Of a DNA stretch of 64,000 nucleotides, positions 36,781 to 47,527 are shown in pieces. The translations under genes and the position numbers were made by a program. Under the pieces are notes generated by a model, which searched no databases, was not told the origin of the DNA, and worked only from the letters and a program-made list of their open reading frames with translations. Within the stretch, counting starts at the first letter, position 1. Every line of letters starts with the position of its first letter. Source of the DNA: a virus (Duplodnaviria > Heunggongvirae > Uroviricota > Caudoviricetes). Location of the stretch: IMG/VR virus record IMGVR_UViG_3300046522_000750; one strand, 5' to 3'.

Positions 36781-37139
36781 CGGGCCAAGTTTTTTGTATT
36801 TGCATGATGCTGATCGGCCTGCTGCAGGCTTTCTCTGCCAGTGGCTCCCCGATTGTCGCCGCAGGCGCTTTCATTAGTGCTGCTCTGGTGTACTGCCTCA
36901 CCATGAGAATGTCTCAGCGGTCTATTGATCGGGCCAGGCTGGCGTCTCTTGAGGCTCAGTACGCGGCTGATATAAGCCTGCTCAAGCGTGGCCATGAGTT
37001 CTCTGAAGAGGAACGCGAGGTCTTCCGTGAGCGTGCTCATGGCATCGGCATCCTGCGTCAGCGCTGCGGCTACATTCCAAAACCTAACACCTTCTGTGAG
37101 ATTGACTACAGAGGCAGAATTCAAAACGGCAGACTCTGA
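36777..37139 (+). CDS. Membrane protein (120 aa)
   Basis: Two N-terminal hydrophobic segments; ATGA overlap. Confidence 0.5.
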   Translation: MTGQVFCICMMLIGLLQAFSASGSPIVAAGAFISAALVYCLTMRMSQRSIDRARLASLEAQYAADISLLKRGHEFSEEEREVFRERAHGIGILRQRCGYIPKPNTFCEIDYRGRIQNGRL

Positions 37140-37316
37140 CCAACCGGTCAGCGCTAAGTTCCTGCCGCACATCGGAAAAGCCGTGAAATCTGCGAGTTCC
37201 ACGATTGACAATTTGTCAATTAAGCAGCAATATTCACGCGCTCGAACAAGATCCCTAAACACCACCATGACGGTGGTGTTTTTCATAAAAAACCGCATTA
37301 CGCCACTGAGTTTGCA

Positions 37317-37505
37317 ATGTCCATCAACTTGAAATTCCTCTCGCTGACCCTCGTGACCGGCCTTTTCCTTCAGTTCTTCGTCTTCAGCAACGTCAGCGTG
37401 GGCGCTGATCTGATGAAACTGTCGCCTCTGTACGCGCCAAAAGTGAGCGACGTGGGCTCTTTGCAGCTGAACACTCAGCCCTACACCCCGTACACCCGGC
37501 ACTGA
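37317..37505 (+). CDS. Small exported or membrane protein (62 aa)
   Basis: Signal-like N-terminus. Confidence 0.4.
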   Translation: MSINLKFLSLTLVTGLFLQFFVFSNVSVGADLMKLSPLYAPKVSDVGSLQLNTQPYTPYTRH

Positions 37506-37600
37506 TTTGCAGGCCGCTGTCCGAGCGACGGCGCCCTACTCCTGGTGGCTGGCACCCTTCCTCTCGTCAATAATGCGTTAAACATGGACGGATTGAGACC

Positions 37601-38617
37601 ATGCCAGCCACCAGCCTGATTCAAACCCCCTCGCTTGAAAATCTGCCGATGATTGACCGCGCCTTTGCGCAGACCAACAGTCATCACGACCACGAGTGGT
37701 ATATGCAATGCTGGCCGAGCCTGATCGAAGACGATCTGCTGGCGGCTTATCAAGCGTTGACGCCTGCCACTTTCGCTCGCCTGTTTTCGATTCTCCAGCC
37801 AGAAGTCAGGGGTGTGCACGTCCTAAGCCTTCAAATCCTTGTGGACTGCGCCCTGGCACACCGTGAGTCCCCCATCGAATACGCCGATGAGGCCGAAGAG
37901 CAAGAGGCGAAAGCTCAAGGCTTGCCGGATTTCACCGGCCAGCAGCTGCAAGTGTTTCTGCTCCAGCGCGCCATCTACCCGCCACACATCGACTGGCGAA
38001 AGGTCGCGAACGTCGTCAATGCCTCCACTTGCGACCAGCAAAGCGCCATCGACCGGTTCTTTCTGGAATTCCATCGCACGGGCATAGAAGCCCTGCTTAG
38101 CACGAAAGCCATGGAATTTGCCGTCCCCTCGGTTTTGTACTCAAACAATGAGGTTTCCCAGGATGGTGACGAGATCTTTGTCTACTGCAAGGTCGCCAAT
38201 ACCTGGATGCGCGAAGACGCGTTCTACTGCCAGTTTGAAGTCAGTGCCCGTGATCTCTTTACTAGCGAGCTTAGCATCGTGGGTTATGCTGGCACCCTGG
38301 AGCAGGCCATGGCTAAGGCCAGTTTGTTTGCCATGAGCAAAAGCAGCCCGGTGACGCACCAGGCGGATCCCTTTGGTGATTTGAACACGGCAGGTGGCCG
38401 GCCCTTTACGCTCACCTTGCGTAGACGAAATTCGCTGGTAGCAGTTGCAAGCATCTCGAACATGAATACCCAGCTTCCCTGCACACTCCAATGGGATGTA
38501 GTGCGAAATGGCGCTATCGATGAAATGGTGGTCAAACGTGCGCTGTATGCTGCAGAGGCCTCATTGCACGTACAGTGGAGCAAGGCGCGTGACCTGGAAG
38601 CTGCCATGGGCCTTTAA
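37601..38617 (+). CDS. Family C paralogue 1, tail WSKARDLEAAMGL
   Basis: Family motifs ENLP.ID, DW.K.A...N.S..DQQ.AI..FF, W.RED.F..QF and AGTLEQA.AKA. Confidence 0.85.
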   Translation: MPATSLIQTPSLENLPMIDRAFAQTNSHHDHEWYMQCWPSLIEDDLLAAYQALTPATFARLFSILQPEVRGVHVLSLQILVDCALAHRESPIEYADEAEEQEAKAQGLPDFTGQQLQVFLLQRAIYPPHIDWRKVANVVNASTCDQQSAIDRFFLEFHRTGIEALLSTKAMEFAVPSVLYSNNEVSQDGDEIFVYCKVANTWMREDAFYCQFEVSARDLFTSELSIVGYAGTLEQAMAKASLFAMSKSSPVTHQADPFGDLNTAGGRPFTLTLRRRNSLVAVASISNMNTQLPCTLQWDVVRNGAIDEMVVKRALYAAEASLHVQWSKARDLEAAMGL

Positions 38618-38620
38618 GAT

Positions 38621-38650
38621 TTGTAGTGCCCGGCGCTCAATGGCAATAAT
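38621..38650 (+). promoter_or_regulatory. Shared-regulon promoter TTGTAG-N8-GCTCA-N5-AATAAT
   Basis: Exact motif geometry. Confidence 0.65.
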
Positions 38651-38683
38651 TGCAAAAAAACCACCCATCATCGAAGAACCCAA

Positions 38684-39664
38684 ATGACTGACTCCAACCT
38701 GATCGAGATCCCGCTGCTTGAAAACCTTCCGGTGATTGACAAGGTTTTCGCCTATGCCGACATTGGCGAAGAGGAGTTGGATATGGAAACCTGGCCCGGC
38801 ATGATCGGCGATGATCTGGCTGAGGTTCTTCAATGGCCCGTGATCTCGAAACTGCTCGCTTTTTTACAGCCAACGATCCGGAATGTTGTCGTCAAAAGCC
38901 TTGAAGAGCTCGCTCTCTGCGCTAAGACCAACAAGACCCAGTTCATTGAAGATGCCGAGGACGAAAGTGTAGAGGGGTACACTGATGACCACATCCAGGC
39001 GTTCCTCCTGAAACACGCGATTTACCCGAGGCGATGTGACTGGCGCGGCATGGCTTGCCTGTTCAACGAATCCTCTCCTGAAGAACAAAAGCAGATCGAC
39101 TGTTTCTTTTGGGAGTTCCATCGCTGCATGTTTGAAGACTTGCTCAAACACAAAGGCCTGGATCTGCCCGTTCCTGCTGTTTTGCTGGCAAACAATGAGA
39201 CCCGACAAGACGGTGATGAGATGTTCATCCACTGCAAGCTGGCCGATGCCTGGCTGCGCGATGATGTGTTCTCCCGCCAGTTCCATGTCTCCACCACCGA
39301 AGCTGTCACCAACTCAATTACCGATATTGGCTATGCCGGCACGCTTGAGCAGGCGATTGCCAAAGCGATCCTGTACGCCATGGATAAAGGCACCAGCTTT
39401 GAACAAAAGGTCAATGCGCTTGGCAACGTTATCGCCGTTGGCGGAAGGCCGCGCTCGGTAACGCTTCGCCTTGATCGAGTTATCATTGCCAGCGCTGAGA
39501 AAAAATCGGTTGGTGAGTCAGGCGAGCGACGACTGCTCTGGGGAGCCTGCACCAGTGACAGGATCACAGATAAACAGTTCAGAAAGGCCCTCTACGCTAC
39601 GGAGAAACTGCTGGGCGTACAGTGGAACAAGGGGCGTGACCTCGAAGAGGCCCTGGGCTTGTAA
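38684..39664 (+). CDS. Family C paralogue 2, tail WNKGRDLEEALGL
   Basis: Family motifs. Confidence 0.85.
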   Translation: MTDSNLIEIPLLENLPVIDKVFAYADIGEEELDMETWPGMIGDDLAEVLQWPVISKLLAFLQPTIRNVVVKSLEELALCAKTNKTQFIEDAEDESVEGYTDDHIQAFLLKHAIYPRRCDWRGMACLFNESSPEEQKQIDCFFWEFHRCMFEDLLKHKGLDLPVPAVLLANNETRQDGDEMFIHCKLADAWLRDDVFSRQFHVSTTEAVTNSITDIGYAGTLEQAIAKAILYAMDKGTSFEQKVNALGNVIAVGGRPRSVTLRLDRVIIASAEKKSVGESGERRLLWGACTSDRITDKQFRKALYATEKLLGVQWNKGRDLEEALGL

Positions 39665-39677
39665 TTCCAGCCTAGGT

Positions 39678-39707
39678 TTGTGATCTCCAGTGCTCAATCG
39701 CAATAAT
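39678..39707 (+). promoter_or_regulatory. Shared-regulon promoter TTGTGA-N8-GCTCA-N5-AATAAT
   Basis: Exact motif geometry. Confidence 0.65.
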
Positions 39708-39740
39708 GAACACACAGCCCATACATTGAAGAATAACCCC

Positions 39741-40730
39741 ATGCCTGCGCCTGATTCGCTTGAGATCCCAATTCCTGAGAACCTGCCACTGATGGACGCG
39801 GCTTTTCGCCTGTCGAGCGTAGCTGATTACGATTGGGACATGCAATCGTGGCCCGGCATGATCGGCGATGAACTGATCCAGGTATTCAATGCGGTCGAAC
39901 CGATGGCAATGTCGACGATCCTTGAGCTCTTGCAGCCAGCCATGGACGGTGTCGTTGTAAAGAACGCACAAGAGCTGGCGCAGTACGTCTTGACGTACAA
40001 GCACGAGATCTTTGGAGAAGGCCAGGTTGAAGACCCAGAAGGCTTCACTGATGAGCACCTACAGGTTTACGTGCTGCAGCGGGCGCATTTTGCACGCCAC
40101 GTTGACTGGCGCATCCTGGCCCGGTTGTTCAATGCGTCTACGCCCGAACAAAAACAGGCGATTGACGCATTCATGTGGGATCTACGTCGTATCAGCCTGG
40201 ACACCTTGTTCAGCAAAAAGTCGATGGAATTGGCCGTCCCGGCTGTTTTGTACGAGCGAAACGAGGTGAGACATGAAGGTGGCGACACCTTTATCCGCTG
40301 CACAATGACCAACGACTGGTTACGAGACGATGAGTTCTATCGGCAATTCCGCGTGCTCTCAAACGAAGCGGGTAACGCCTCTCATAGCATTATTGGCTTT
40401 GCCGGCACCCTTGAGCAGGCTATCGCCAAGGCCAGCCTGTACGCGATGCAGGTGGGCACTCCGGCCAAAAAAGACTGGAACGGTGTATTGGCAGGCCTTG
40501 CGGCCATTGGCGGCGTTTCTGCCGCGATCACGATTTACCATGACCAACTCATGGTCAGTGCTGATCATAAGGCGGTTGGCACAACAGGAAATAATGGACT
40601 GTCCTGGAATAAGGTCGACAGCCCAATCATCACGGAAAAGCAATTTCGGTCGGCGCTGTATGCCACTGAAAAGCTGCTGGGTGTTCAGTGGAGCAAGGTC
40701 AATCACCTGGAAGATGCGCTGGGCCTTTGA
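39741..40730 (+). CDS. Family C paralogue 3, tail WSKVNHLEDALGL
   Basis: Family motifs; probable start 39741. Confidence 0.85.
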   Translation: MPAPDSLEIPIPENLPLMDAAFRLSSVADYDWDMQSWPGMIGDELIQVFNAVEPMAMSTILELLQPAMDGVVVKNAQELAQYVLTYKHEIFGEGQVEDPEGFTDEHLQVYVLQRAHFARHVDWRILARLFNASTPEQKQAIDAFMWDLRRISLDTLFSKKSMELAVPAVLYERNEVRHEGGDTFIRCTMTNDWLRDDEFYRQFRVLSNEAGNASHSIIGFAGTLEQAIAKASLYAMQVGTPAKKDWNGVLAGLAAIGGVSAAITIYHDQLMVSADHKAVGTTGNNGLSWNKVDSPIITEKQFRSALYATEKLLGVQWSKVNHLEDALGL

Positions 40731-40762
40731 TGCTGCCACTGCGTGCCAGGAAATCACTTGAT

Positions 40763-40792
40763 TTGCCTGGCCAAAGGCTCAACGCCGATACT
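40763..40792 (+). promoter_or_regulatory. Shared-regulon promoter TTGCCT-N8-GCTCA-N5-GATACT
   Basis: Exact motif geometry. Confidence 0.65.
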
Positions 40793-40819
40793 GAGACCAT
40801 GCCACAAGGAGCTTCACGC

Positions 40820-41833
40820 ATGTCCAAGCACCCACCCATTAAAATCCCGCTGCCGGAAAACCTTCCGTTCATCGACCGTGTTTTCAAGAAAACTCAAAAA
40901 CTTACGGCAGATGAACAGGGTGTTCTTGCCTGTGCCTGGCTTGGGATGGATTTCATTGGGGATGAAATGCCAGGGATATTGGAGCGCCTGAACCCCGAGA
41001 CCTTTCAGACCCTGCTGTCATTGTTTAAGCCAACGGTACTTGGCCAGGTCATCAGCTCCCATGAACACCTGAACCAGATCACTCAAGAAAACCTCCAGCA
41101 ATACTCTGATTTCAACTTTGAGCAGCTCAAGACCTTTTTCCTCATCGGCGCGGAGTGCGAGCGAGCGGTGGATTGGCGCAAAATTGCTTACCTGTACAAC
41201 GAGTCGCCAGATGATCAGAAAGAAGTCATCTCAGAGTTCTTTGATGAGTTCAGGCTTCACCTCGATGACCTTGATGACCTCATGTTGAGAGGCTATGACT
41301 GGGAAATACCGGCGCCATTGCTGGCGCTAGAGACCAAGGAGATCGATGGAGAGCAGTTCGTGCTCTGCCCTATCAACAAGGATTGGGTGCTCGACTATCT
41401 CTTTCACCGGCAATTTAAAATTTCCTACACCGACTCCTATGTCACTGATCATGTGGCCGCCTATGCAGGCACCCTGGAGCAAGCCATTGCCAAAGCGACG
41501 ACGTCTGCGATCATGCGTAATGGCCCTGAAATCGACTCGATGGGCAGGCCACGGAAATTGACTCAAATCGAACTGGATCAATACAAGTTAACGACTTCGA
41601 TCCATGCCGAGATTGGAGCGTCTTCAGAATTGGTCGCCACCGCTGCTTTGCACCGTAGCATCAAAGTAATGCCTGACTCCACGACGGAGAAAGACTGCAA
41701 GCTGCTCTGGGGGCCGAACAAATCAACGCTGTTCAGGGAGCGTGAATTTCGAGCCGCTCTGTACAAAGTCGAAAAGCTGTATGGCTTGCAGTGGAGCAAA
41801 GTGAATGACCTGGATAATGCCCTGGGCCTGTAA
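40820..41833 (+). CDS. Family C paralogue 4, tail WSKVNDLDNALGL
   Basis: Family motifs; AAGGAG RBS before 40820. Confidence 0.85.
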   Translation: MSKHPPIKIPLPENLPFIDRVFKKTQKLTADEQGVLACAWLGMDFIGDEMPGILERLNPETFQTLLSLFKPTVLGQVISSHEHLNQITQENLQQYSDFNFEQLKTFFLIGAECERAVDWRKIAYLYNESPDDQKEVISEFFDEFRLHLDDLDDLMLRGYDWEIPAPLLALETKEIDGEQFVLCPINKDWVLDYLFHRQFKISYTDSYVTDHVAAYAGTLEQAIAKATTSAIMRNGPEIDSMGRPRKLTQIELDQYKLTTSIHAEIGASSELVATAALHRSIKVMPDSTTEKDCKLLWGPNKSTLFREREFRAALYKVEKLYGLQWSKVNDLDNALGL

Positions 41834-41849
41834 AGGCTAAGGCGCCGCA

Positions 41850-41880
41850 TTGGTGATGCTAGGCACTCAACACCCATAAT
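41850..41880 (+). promoter_or_regulatory. Variant shared-regulon promoter TTGGTG-N9-ACTCA-N5-CATAAT
   Basis: Spacer 1 nt longer and one mismatch in the pentamer. Confidence 0.5.
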
Positions 41881-41906
41881 TGGAAAAACATAAGGATCTT
41901 GTCGTC

Positions 41907-43004
41907 ATGCTACTGCCCCAGATCATTGCCATCCCGCTGCCGGAAAATCTTCCTTTCATTGACAGCAAATTCCGTGAAGCCAGGCAGATCTCGACAGTAA
42001 GCTTGAAACTCAGCGGCTCCAGCCTGGTCAGCACCGAGGACGAATCCAGAGCCTGCCGGCCTAAAGCGCCGTGCGAAGTCGGCGATGACGCCTTGAAATC
42101 CTTTGCCTCACTGAGCCAAAGCACCTTCGAGACCCTCCTTTCGATCATCCGGCCCAATATTTCCGGCAGAGCCATTCATAACGCCAAGGAGCTGGAAAGG
42201 GCCACTCTGCAGCACGCCAAGGGCTTTCGTGAGTTTTTCGTCCTTGATAGCAAAAAAGACAGCTTTACTCACGATCAACTCAAATTCTTCTTGCTGATGG
42301 GCGCCAATTTTGAAAAGCATGCAGATTGGCGCAAGGTGGCCGAGCTGTACAACGAAGCACCGGATGACCAGAAGACTGCGATCAATGCGTTCTTTGTGAA
42401 CATGAGCCTGAGTGGGATAGAGCCACTCTTGGGCGCAGGGCCGGCGCTTCCGCTTCCTGACGTATTCCCTCTGACCAAGACCCAGAAGATTGAGGGTGAA
42501 ACCTATGCTCACTGCGACATTGCCAATGGTTGGATACGTGACGACCTTTTTCACCGCCAGTTCAAGATTACCCTGACTCATTCGTATTCCAATGAGCCCA
42601 CAGTGATCGCTTATGCCGGCACTCTCGAACAAGCCATTGCCAGGGCCACGCAGTTCACCCTCAACAAGAACGGCTTGATTCTGGATCCGGACGGCAAGCC
42701 AAAGCTGGTGTCGTCAATAACGCAGAAAACAAGCTCAAGTGCGGTGTGCATTTATTTTGAGCGAGACACTTCATCTTCGGCAGTGGCGATTGCCAAGCTC
42801 AGTTACCACCTTAAGATTCTTCCTGACTCCACGGCAGAGCGAGACTGCAAACTAGAATGGGGCCCTTGCAAGATGCCGGCGTTTGCTGGCAAAACGTTCC
42901 CCATCACCGACAAGGCCTTCCGCTCGGCCCTGTACGCCACCGAGAAGCAGCTTGGCGTGCAGTGGAGTAAAGCGCACCACCTTGAGGACGCCTTGGGCCT
43001 GTAA
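41907..43004 (+). CDS. Family C paralogue 5, tail WSKAHHLEDALGL
   Basis: Family motifs; TAAGGA RBS. Confidence 0.85.
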   Translation: MLLPQIIAIPLPENLPFIDSKFREARQISTVSLKLSGSSLVSTEDESRACRPKAPCEVGDDALKSFASLSQSTFETLLSIIRPNISGRAIHNAKELERATLQHAKGFREFFVLDSKKDSFTHDQLKFFLLMGANFEKHADWRKVAELYNEAPDDQKTAINAFFVNMSLSGIEPLLGAGPALPLPDVFPLTKTQKIEGETYAHCDIANGWIRDDLFHRQFKITLTHSYSNEPTVIAYAGTLEQAIARATQFTLNKNGLILDPDGKPKLVSSITQKTSSSAVCIYFERDTSSSAVAIAKLSYHLKILPDSTAERDCKLEWGPCKMPAFAGKTFPITDKAFRSALYATEKQLGVQWSKAHHLEDALGL

Positions 43005-43044
43005 GGACTTGTGTCTCGATCCAACATCACTAAGGACTTCCACC

Positions 43045-44079
43045 ATGCCTCTTGCTCAACTGATCACGGTGCCAATCCCAGAGAACTTGCCGTTCGTGAA
43101 CAAACGGTTCCATGATTTCAGCCGCCAATACCGTGACCAGCGCATGGACATTACTCATAGAAACGGCATGGGAGACGTTCGTCTGCAGGTCGCAATCAAA
43201 GGTCTGAGCCTAGACAACTTTGATCTGATCATCTCAGTGCTCAAGCCACAGGTCGCCGGCGCAGTTGCCCTTAACGCCGATCAATTGACTACGCTTTCTC
43301 GGGAGTTGGGCGACAGCTTTCGTAACCACTTTTCGATCAAGAGTGACCAAGATGATTACTGCGAGGAACACCTCAAGGCCTACGTTCTGTCCAGTGCAGT
43401 ATTCGAGAAGAACGCCGATTGGCGGAAAATAGCCCGGCGCTACAACGAATCTCCAGATGACCAGAAACAAGCCTTTGAAGAGTTTTTCTTGGCTTTGCAC
43501 GCCATCAGCCTTGAACATCTCATGAGCGCTGGCTCGCCTGAACTGTCCTTGCCAGAAGGCTTGCCACTACCTCAGACAAAGGAAGTCGACGGCGATTTGT
43601 TTGTGTATTGCGAACTGATTCAGGACTGGCGTCTGGATGACGCGTATTTCCGTCGATTCGAGATCAAGGTCGATGCCGTATTTCCAAATATGTTTGATAG
43701 CCTTGCTTATGCCGGCACACTTGAGCAGGCCATCGCTAAAGCCATCGCGATCACCCTGCCCCATAACGGCCATGTTCTTAGGAAAACTGACAAGGAAAAA
43801 AAGAGGTTAGAGGACACTCTGAAATTAGCCAGCGGCTTCGTGTCGATCAAACTTAATTGCGAAGAGTCTTCAGGCCTTGTTTCTAATGCCTCGTTGGTTC
43901 GTAGCGCGAAATACTTGGATGACGACACTGCGATCCAGGACTGCCGACTCGAATGGGGCAATTGCTGGACTGGCAACATCACCGAACAGCGGTTTCGCAA
44001 GGCGCTGTACACCACCGAGAAGCTGTTTGGTGTTCAATGGAGCAAGGTACGCCACCTCGACGACGCCCTGGGCTTATAA
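43045..44079 (+). CDS. Family C paralogue 6, tail WSKVRHLDDALGL
   Basis: Family motifs; TAAGGA RBS before 43045. Confidence 0.85.
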   Translation: MPLAQLITVPIPENLPFVNKRFHDFSRQYRDQRMDITHRNGMGDVRLQVAIKGLSLDNFDLIISVLKPQVAGAVALNADQLTTLSRELGDSFRNHFSIKSDQDDYCEEHLKAYVLSSAVFEKNADWRKIARRYNESPDDQKQAFEEFFLALHAISLEHLMSAGSPELSLPEGLPLPQTKEVDGDLFVYCELIQDWRLDDAYFRRFEIKVDAVFPNMFDSLAYAGTLEQAIAKAIAITLPHNGHVLRKTDKEKKRLEDTLKLASGFVSIKLNCEESSGLVSNASLVRSAKYLDDDTAIQDCRLEWGNCWTGNITEQRFRKALYTTEKLFGVQWSKVRHLDDALGL

Positions 44080-44124
44080 GTGCCCGCAGGCGGTTTGACG
44101 ACAATTCACATTAAAGGACTACCT

Positions 44125-45171
44125 ATGACCCTGCCACCAGGCCACATTCGCACGCCCGAGATCGATGACTTCTGCTACATCGACAGGATCTACTCGGTCT
44201 TTTTCGGATCGGCCAGCACCGAGATCATCCGGGCCAACCTCGATCCTTCCAACATCAGCTACGCAGAGCAGATGTACGGCTGCAGGATGCCTCGCGAAGT
44301 CTTCATCCCCTTGTTCGAAATCCTCAAGCCCGTTCACCACGGCGTGCACATCCGCACACCTGAAGACCTGGACGCGCTGGCCGATGATCCAGCGGTGATG
44401 GATCTGACTCAATTCGATGCACACACCCGAGATCAACGCCGGTCGTTCCACCTGAAGTTCGCGGACAGATCCAAGAGCATCGACTGGCGATCTCTGGCCG
44501 AGCTGTACAACGGGGTGGAGCCTGAATCGAGAAAAGTCATTAAAGGTTTTTTCAAGTATTGCCTGGGCTTTAACCTTCGCAAACTGATGGAGACCCAGGC
44601 CCTTGCCCTGGCCGTGCCGGAGGCTTTGCAGGCAAAAACAGCGCCTTTTCTCCTGGATGGCCAGCGCATGGTCAACTGTGATCTGGCCAAATCACCTGTG
44701 CCAGAGGCGCAGTTCTGCCGGCAGTTCGAGATCCACATCCGCCGCCAGATGAACAAGGTTGTGCATTACGTTGGCACTGCCGGTACGGCGGAAATCGCCA
44801 TCGCCAAAGCCCTGGCGTGCATCCACATTCCGAGCAAGCGATTCCCCTTTCCGATGTACACCGACGCTCAAAGGATCAGGGCTTATCCCTTCATGACGCA
44901 CATAACCATCAAACTCGATGGCCGGCCATTGATCGAAGGTCAGATCGAATACCGCCAAGTACCGACGTTGCACAGAAACGCCGAGGTGCTTTTTAACTAT
45001 GTACCCCGTGTGGACAAAATCAACTGGAATCGTGAGCTGATAACCTCACCGGATCAGGAACCGCACCGGATGACTATCCGCGCCTTTGAAGCCTCGCTCT
45101 TTCGAGCGGAAGCGGCCCTTGGCCTGACGAGCTCAAAGGGGAGATACCTCGAGGACTCGCTCGGCCTGTAA
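44125..45171 (+). CDS. Family C paralogue 7 (divergent), tail SKGRYLEDSLGL
   Basis: DWRSLAELYN, AGTAEIAIAKA and F..SLF.AE..LG retained; AAGGA RBS. Confidence 0.8.
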   Translation: MTLPPGHIRTPEIDDFCYIDRIYSVFFGSASTEIIRANLDPSNISYAEQMYGCRMPREVFIPLFEILKPVHHGVHIRTPEDLDALADDPAVMDLTQFDAHTRDQRRSFHLKFADRSKSIDWRSLAELYNGVEPESRKVIKGFFKYCLGFNLRKLMETQALALAVPEALQAKTAPFLLDGQRMVNCDLAKSPVPEAQFCRQFEIHIRRQMNKVVHYVGTAGTAEIAIAKALACIHIPSKRFPFPMYTDAQRIRAYPFMTHITIKLDGRPLIEGQIEYRQVPTLHRNAEVLFNYVPRVDKINWNRELITSPDQEPHRMTIRAFEASLFRAEAALGLTSSKGRYLEDSLGL

Positions 45172-45178
45172 GCCTGCG

Positions 45179-45208
45179 TTGCACCAGGTGGCGCTCAGCC
45201 TAGATAAT
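45179..45208 (+). promoter_or_regulatory. Shared-regulon promoter TTGCAC-N8-GCTCA-N5-GATAAT
   Basis: Exact motif geometry. Confidence 0.65.
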
Positions 45209-45235
45209 TAGGGCAAGACCACCTGGATACCCGCC

Positions 45236-46261
45236 ATGTCAACACCAGAGCGCATAGAACCTCCGAGCCTTGCTGCCTTTCACTTCATCAGTAAAGTATT
45301 CACGGATTCGAATGCCCATGGCAATGGCATCGCCCATCTGCAGCACGACAATCTCTATAATTTTGATGATGCAGAGTTCTCTAATAATTATTATTTCTGG
45401 GCAAAAGGGGTTATGACGGCCCAGATAGCGCCCTTGAACGCCATGTCTGACAGCACCGCTGCCCGTCTATTTTCTATTATCGGTGTGATCATCCGCGACA
45501 AGCTGATTGAGACGAAAGCTGACTTGGTCAACGTCGCAATAACTGAAATGGAAGACCCTGAAGATCTTTACCACATCGATGGTTGCACCCTTGATCAGCT
45601 TCAGAGCTTCCTTCTGCATCACGCTAAACAGGACATGAATCCTCACTGGATCGAGCTTGCCGAGTTCTACAACGCCCTCGATCACGATCAGCAACACGCC
45701 GTCAGCCAGTTTTTTCTCAATTGCCTTAATCGACCACTGGATGTGCTGCTGGCTGTGCCTGGCCCCGAACATGAACTTCCGGCTGTTATCACCCATGATC
45801 TGAAAACCCACACGCAGGATGGGAAGCACTACGCCTTCTGCGAAATCGACCAGCATTGGTTTCGAGATGCCGACTTGAACGAAAAGTTCGTGGTCACCGG
45901 CCTTAACAAGTTCATGGCGAACGACCGTCGACTGCTTATAGCCACCGCATCAACGCTTAAGGAAGCCGTGGCCAGTGCCTCGCTGTATATCAAAAACATC
46001 AACAGCGAAGACACTATTCGTGAGGTTGAGCTCAAATACATGGGCACGGTGCTGGCTGTTGCCAATCTTCACAGCCCTAACTTTTGGTCTATGCCAATCC
46101 CTCACATCGAACTGCCCGCGAAGTTGATTTGGGATCGAGAAAAAGCCGGAAACGATCACATTACGAAAAAACAGTTTATAGACACCCTCTTGGAGACCGA
46201 AAAACTGCTGGGCCTGCAATGGAGCAAGGTGCAAAAGCTTGAGGATGAGCTCGGGCTCTGA
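45236..46261 (+). CDS. Family C paralogue 8, tail WSKVQKLEDELGL
   Basis: Family motifs with a PPSL..F.FI N-terminus. Confidence 0.85.
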   Translation: MSTPERIEPPSLAAFHFISKVFTDSNAHGNGIAHLQHDNLYNFDDAEFSNNYYFWAKGVMTAQIAPLNAMSDSTAARLFSIIGVIIRDKLIETKADLVNVAITEMEDPEDLYHIDGCTLDQLQSFLLHHAKQDMNPHWIELAEFYNALDHDQQHAVSQFFLNCLNRPLDVLLAVPGPEHELPAVITHDLKTHTQDGKHYAFCEIDQHWFRDADLNEKFVVTGLNKFMANDRRLLIATASTLKEAVASASLYIKNINSEDTIREVELKYMGTVLAVANLHSPNFWSMPIPHIELPAKLIWDREKAGNDHITKKQFIDTLLETEKLLGLQWSKVQKLEDELGL

Positions 46262-46316
46262 CAGCCATCTTCCCGAGAGAGGTCGCCCCTTCGATGCGCC
46301 TGTCGCATCGGCTAGC

Positions 46317-46346
46317 TTGTCTGCCATCCGGCTCAATCCCCATACT
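46317..46346 (+). promoter_or_regulatory. Shared-regulon promoter TTGTCT-N8-GCTCA-N5-CATACT
   Basis: Exact motif geometry. Confidence 0.65.
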
Positions 46347-46374
46347 GAGAAGAAACCCGAGAAGGATCCCCGCG

Positions 46375-47505
46375 ATGTCCACCAGTAGACCTGCCCGCCT
46401 CTCGCCGCCGAGCCTGGAAGCCTACCGGTTCATCAACATCATGTTTCGCAGGGATCTGATCGGCATGGCTCACCATCAGATCGAGCACTATCCCCTTATC
46501 GCCAATGATCGAGCCTTTTCCCGAGATAACTACGCCGCTGCTCATCAAGTTCGTCTTGATCAAATAGCACCGTTAAAGGCCATGAGTGACAACACACTGG
46601 ATCGGCTGCTTTGGATTTTGAAACCAAACCTTTACGGGAAGGACATGTCATCCAAAGACAAATTTGAGCAGGAAATGGCGAGTTTCTATGAAAATTTCCA
46701 GGACGAGAAGACACCGCCAAGCATTGACCAGGTACGCAGCTTTGGCCTTCACAAAGCCAAGCTGGCTCACCAGACACATTGGGGTCAGGTCACTGAGCTG
46801 TACAACGAATCTGCCCCCGACCAGCAAGAAGCCATTCACCGGTTTTTCAAGAATTGCCTAAACCGAGACCTCGTTGAGTTGCTGGCTACGCCGGCCCCTG
46901 AGGTCAAGTTGCCGGCCAGCTTTCAGGAACAATTCCCCAGCCAGACTGAAAATGGCGACACGTGCCTGTGGAGCAAGGTTGAGCAGAAATGGTTGAGGGA
47001 TGACATGCACCACCAGGCCTATGAGGTCAAAATCTACTATCGCGGTAGCGCTGACCCTGACCGGGTGATTGCCACGGCCCCTACAGTGTCCCAAGTGATT
47101 GCATTGGCCACTATCTACGTCAACGATTCCGATCTTTCCAACGTTGGCGGCACGCGGTTGACCATCTATTTGCATGATCAAGAGCTTGCCATGGCGGACG
47201 TAGAAACTGTGGGAGAATTGTGCTCATCAGCCAAAGTAAAGCTGAACTGGAATCTTGAAAAAGCCGGCATCATCTACACCGGAAACCTGGAAACGCTGCG
47301 CGACAACATGGCTACCCAGATGGAGAATTGCAGTCCGGTCATCGCAGCAGGGCTTGCTGGAGACCATAACAAGCTGTGCCATCAGATTGCGATGTATTCC
47401 AGGGAGAACCCGCAGTCGTTCGCCAAGAAGCTCATCGCCATCGAGCGGGCCCTTGGCGTGCAGTGGAGCAAGGTGAATATGCTGGAAGATGCGCTGGGGC
47501 TTTAA
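46375..47505 (+). CDS. Family C paralogue 9, tail WSKVNMLEDALGL
   Basis: Family motifs; AAGGA RBS before 46375. Confidence 0.85.
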   Translation: MSTSRPARLSPPSLEAYRFINIMFRRDLIGMAHHQIEHYPLIANDRAFSRDNYAAAHQVRLDQIAPLKAMSDNTLDRLLWILKPNLYGKDMSSKDKFEQEMASFYENFQDEKTPPSIDQVRSFGLHKAKLAHQTHWGQVTELYNESAPDQQEAIHRFFKNCLNRDLVELLATPAPEVKLPASFQEQFPSQTENGDTCLWSKVEQKWLRDDMHHQAYEVKIYYRGSADPDRVIATAPTVSQVIALATIYVNDSDLSNVGGTRLTIYLHDQELAMADVETVGELCSSAKVKLNWNLEKAGIIYTGNLETLRDNMATQMENCSPVIAAGLAGDHNKLCHQIAMYSRENPQSFAKKLIAIERALGVQWSKVNMLEDALGL

Positions 47506-47527
47506 CCGGTCATGCGCGAGCGCCGCA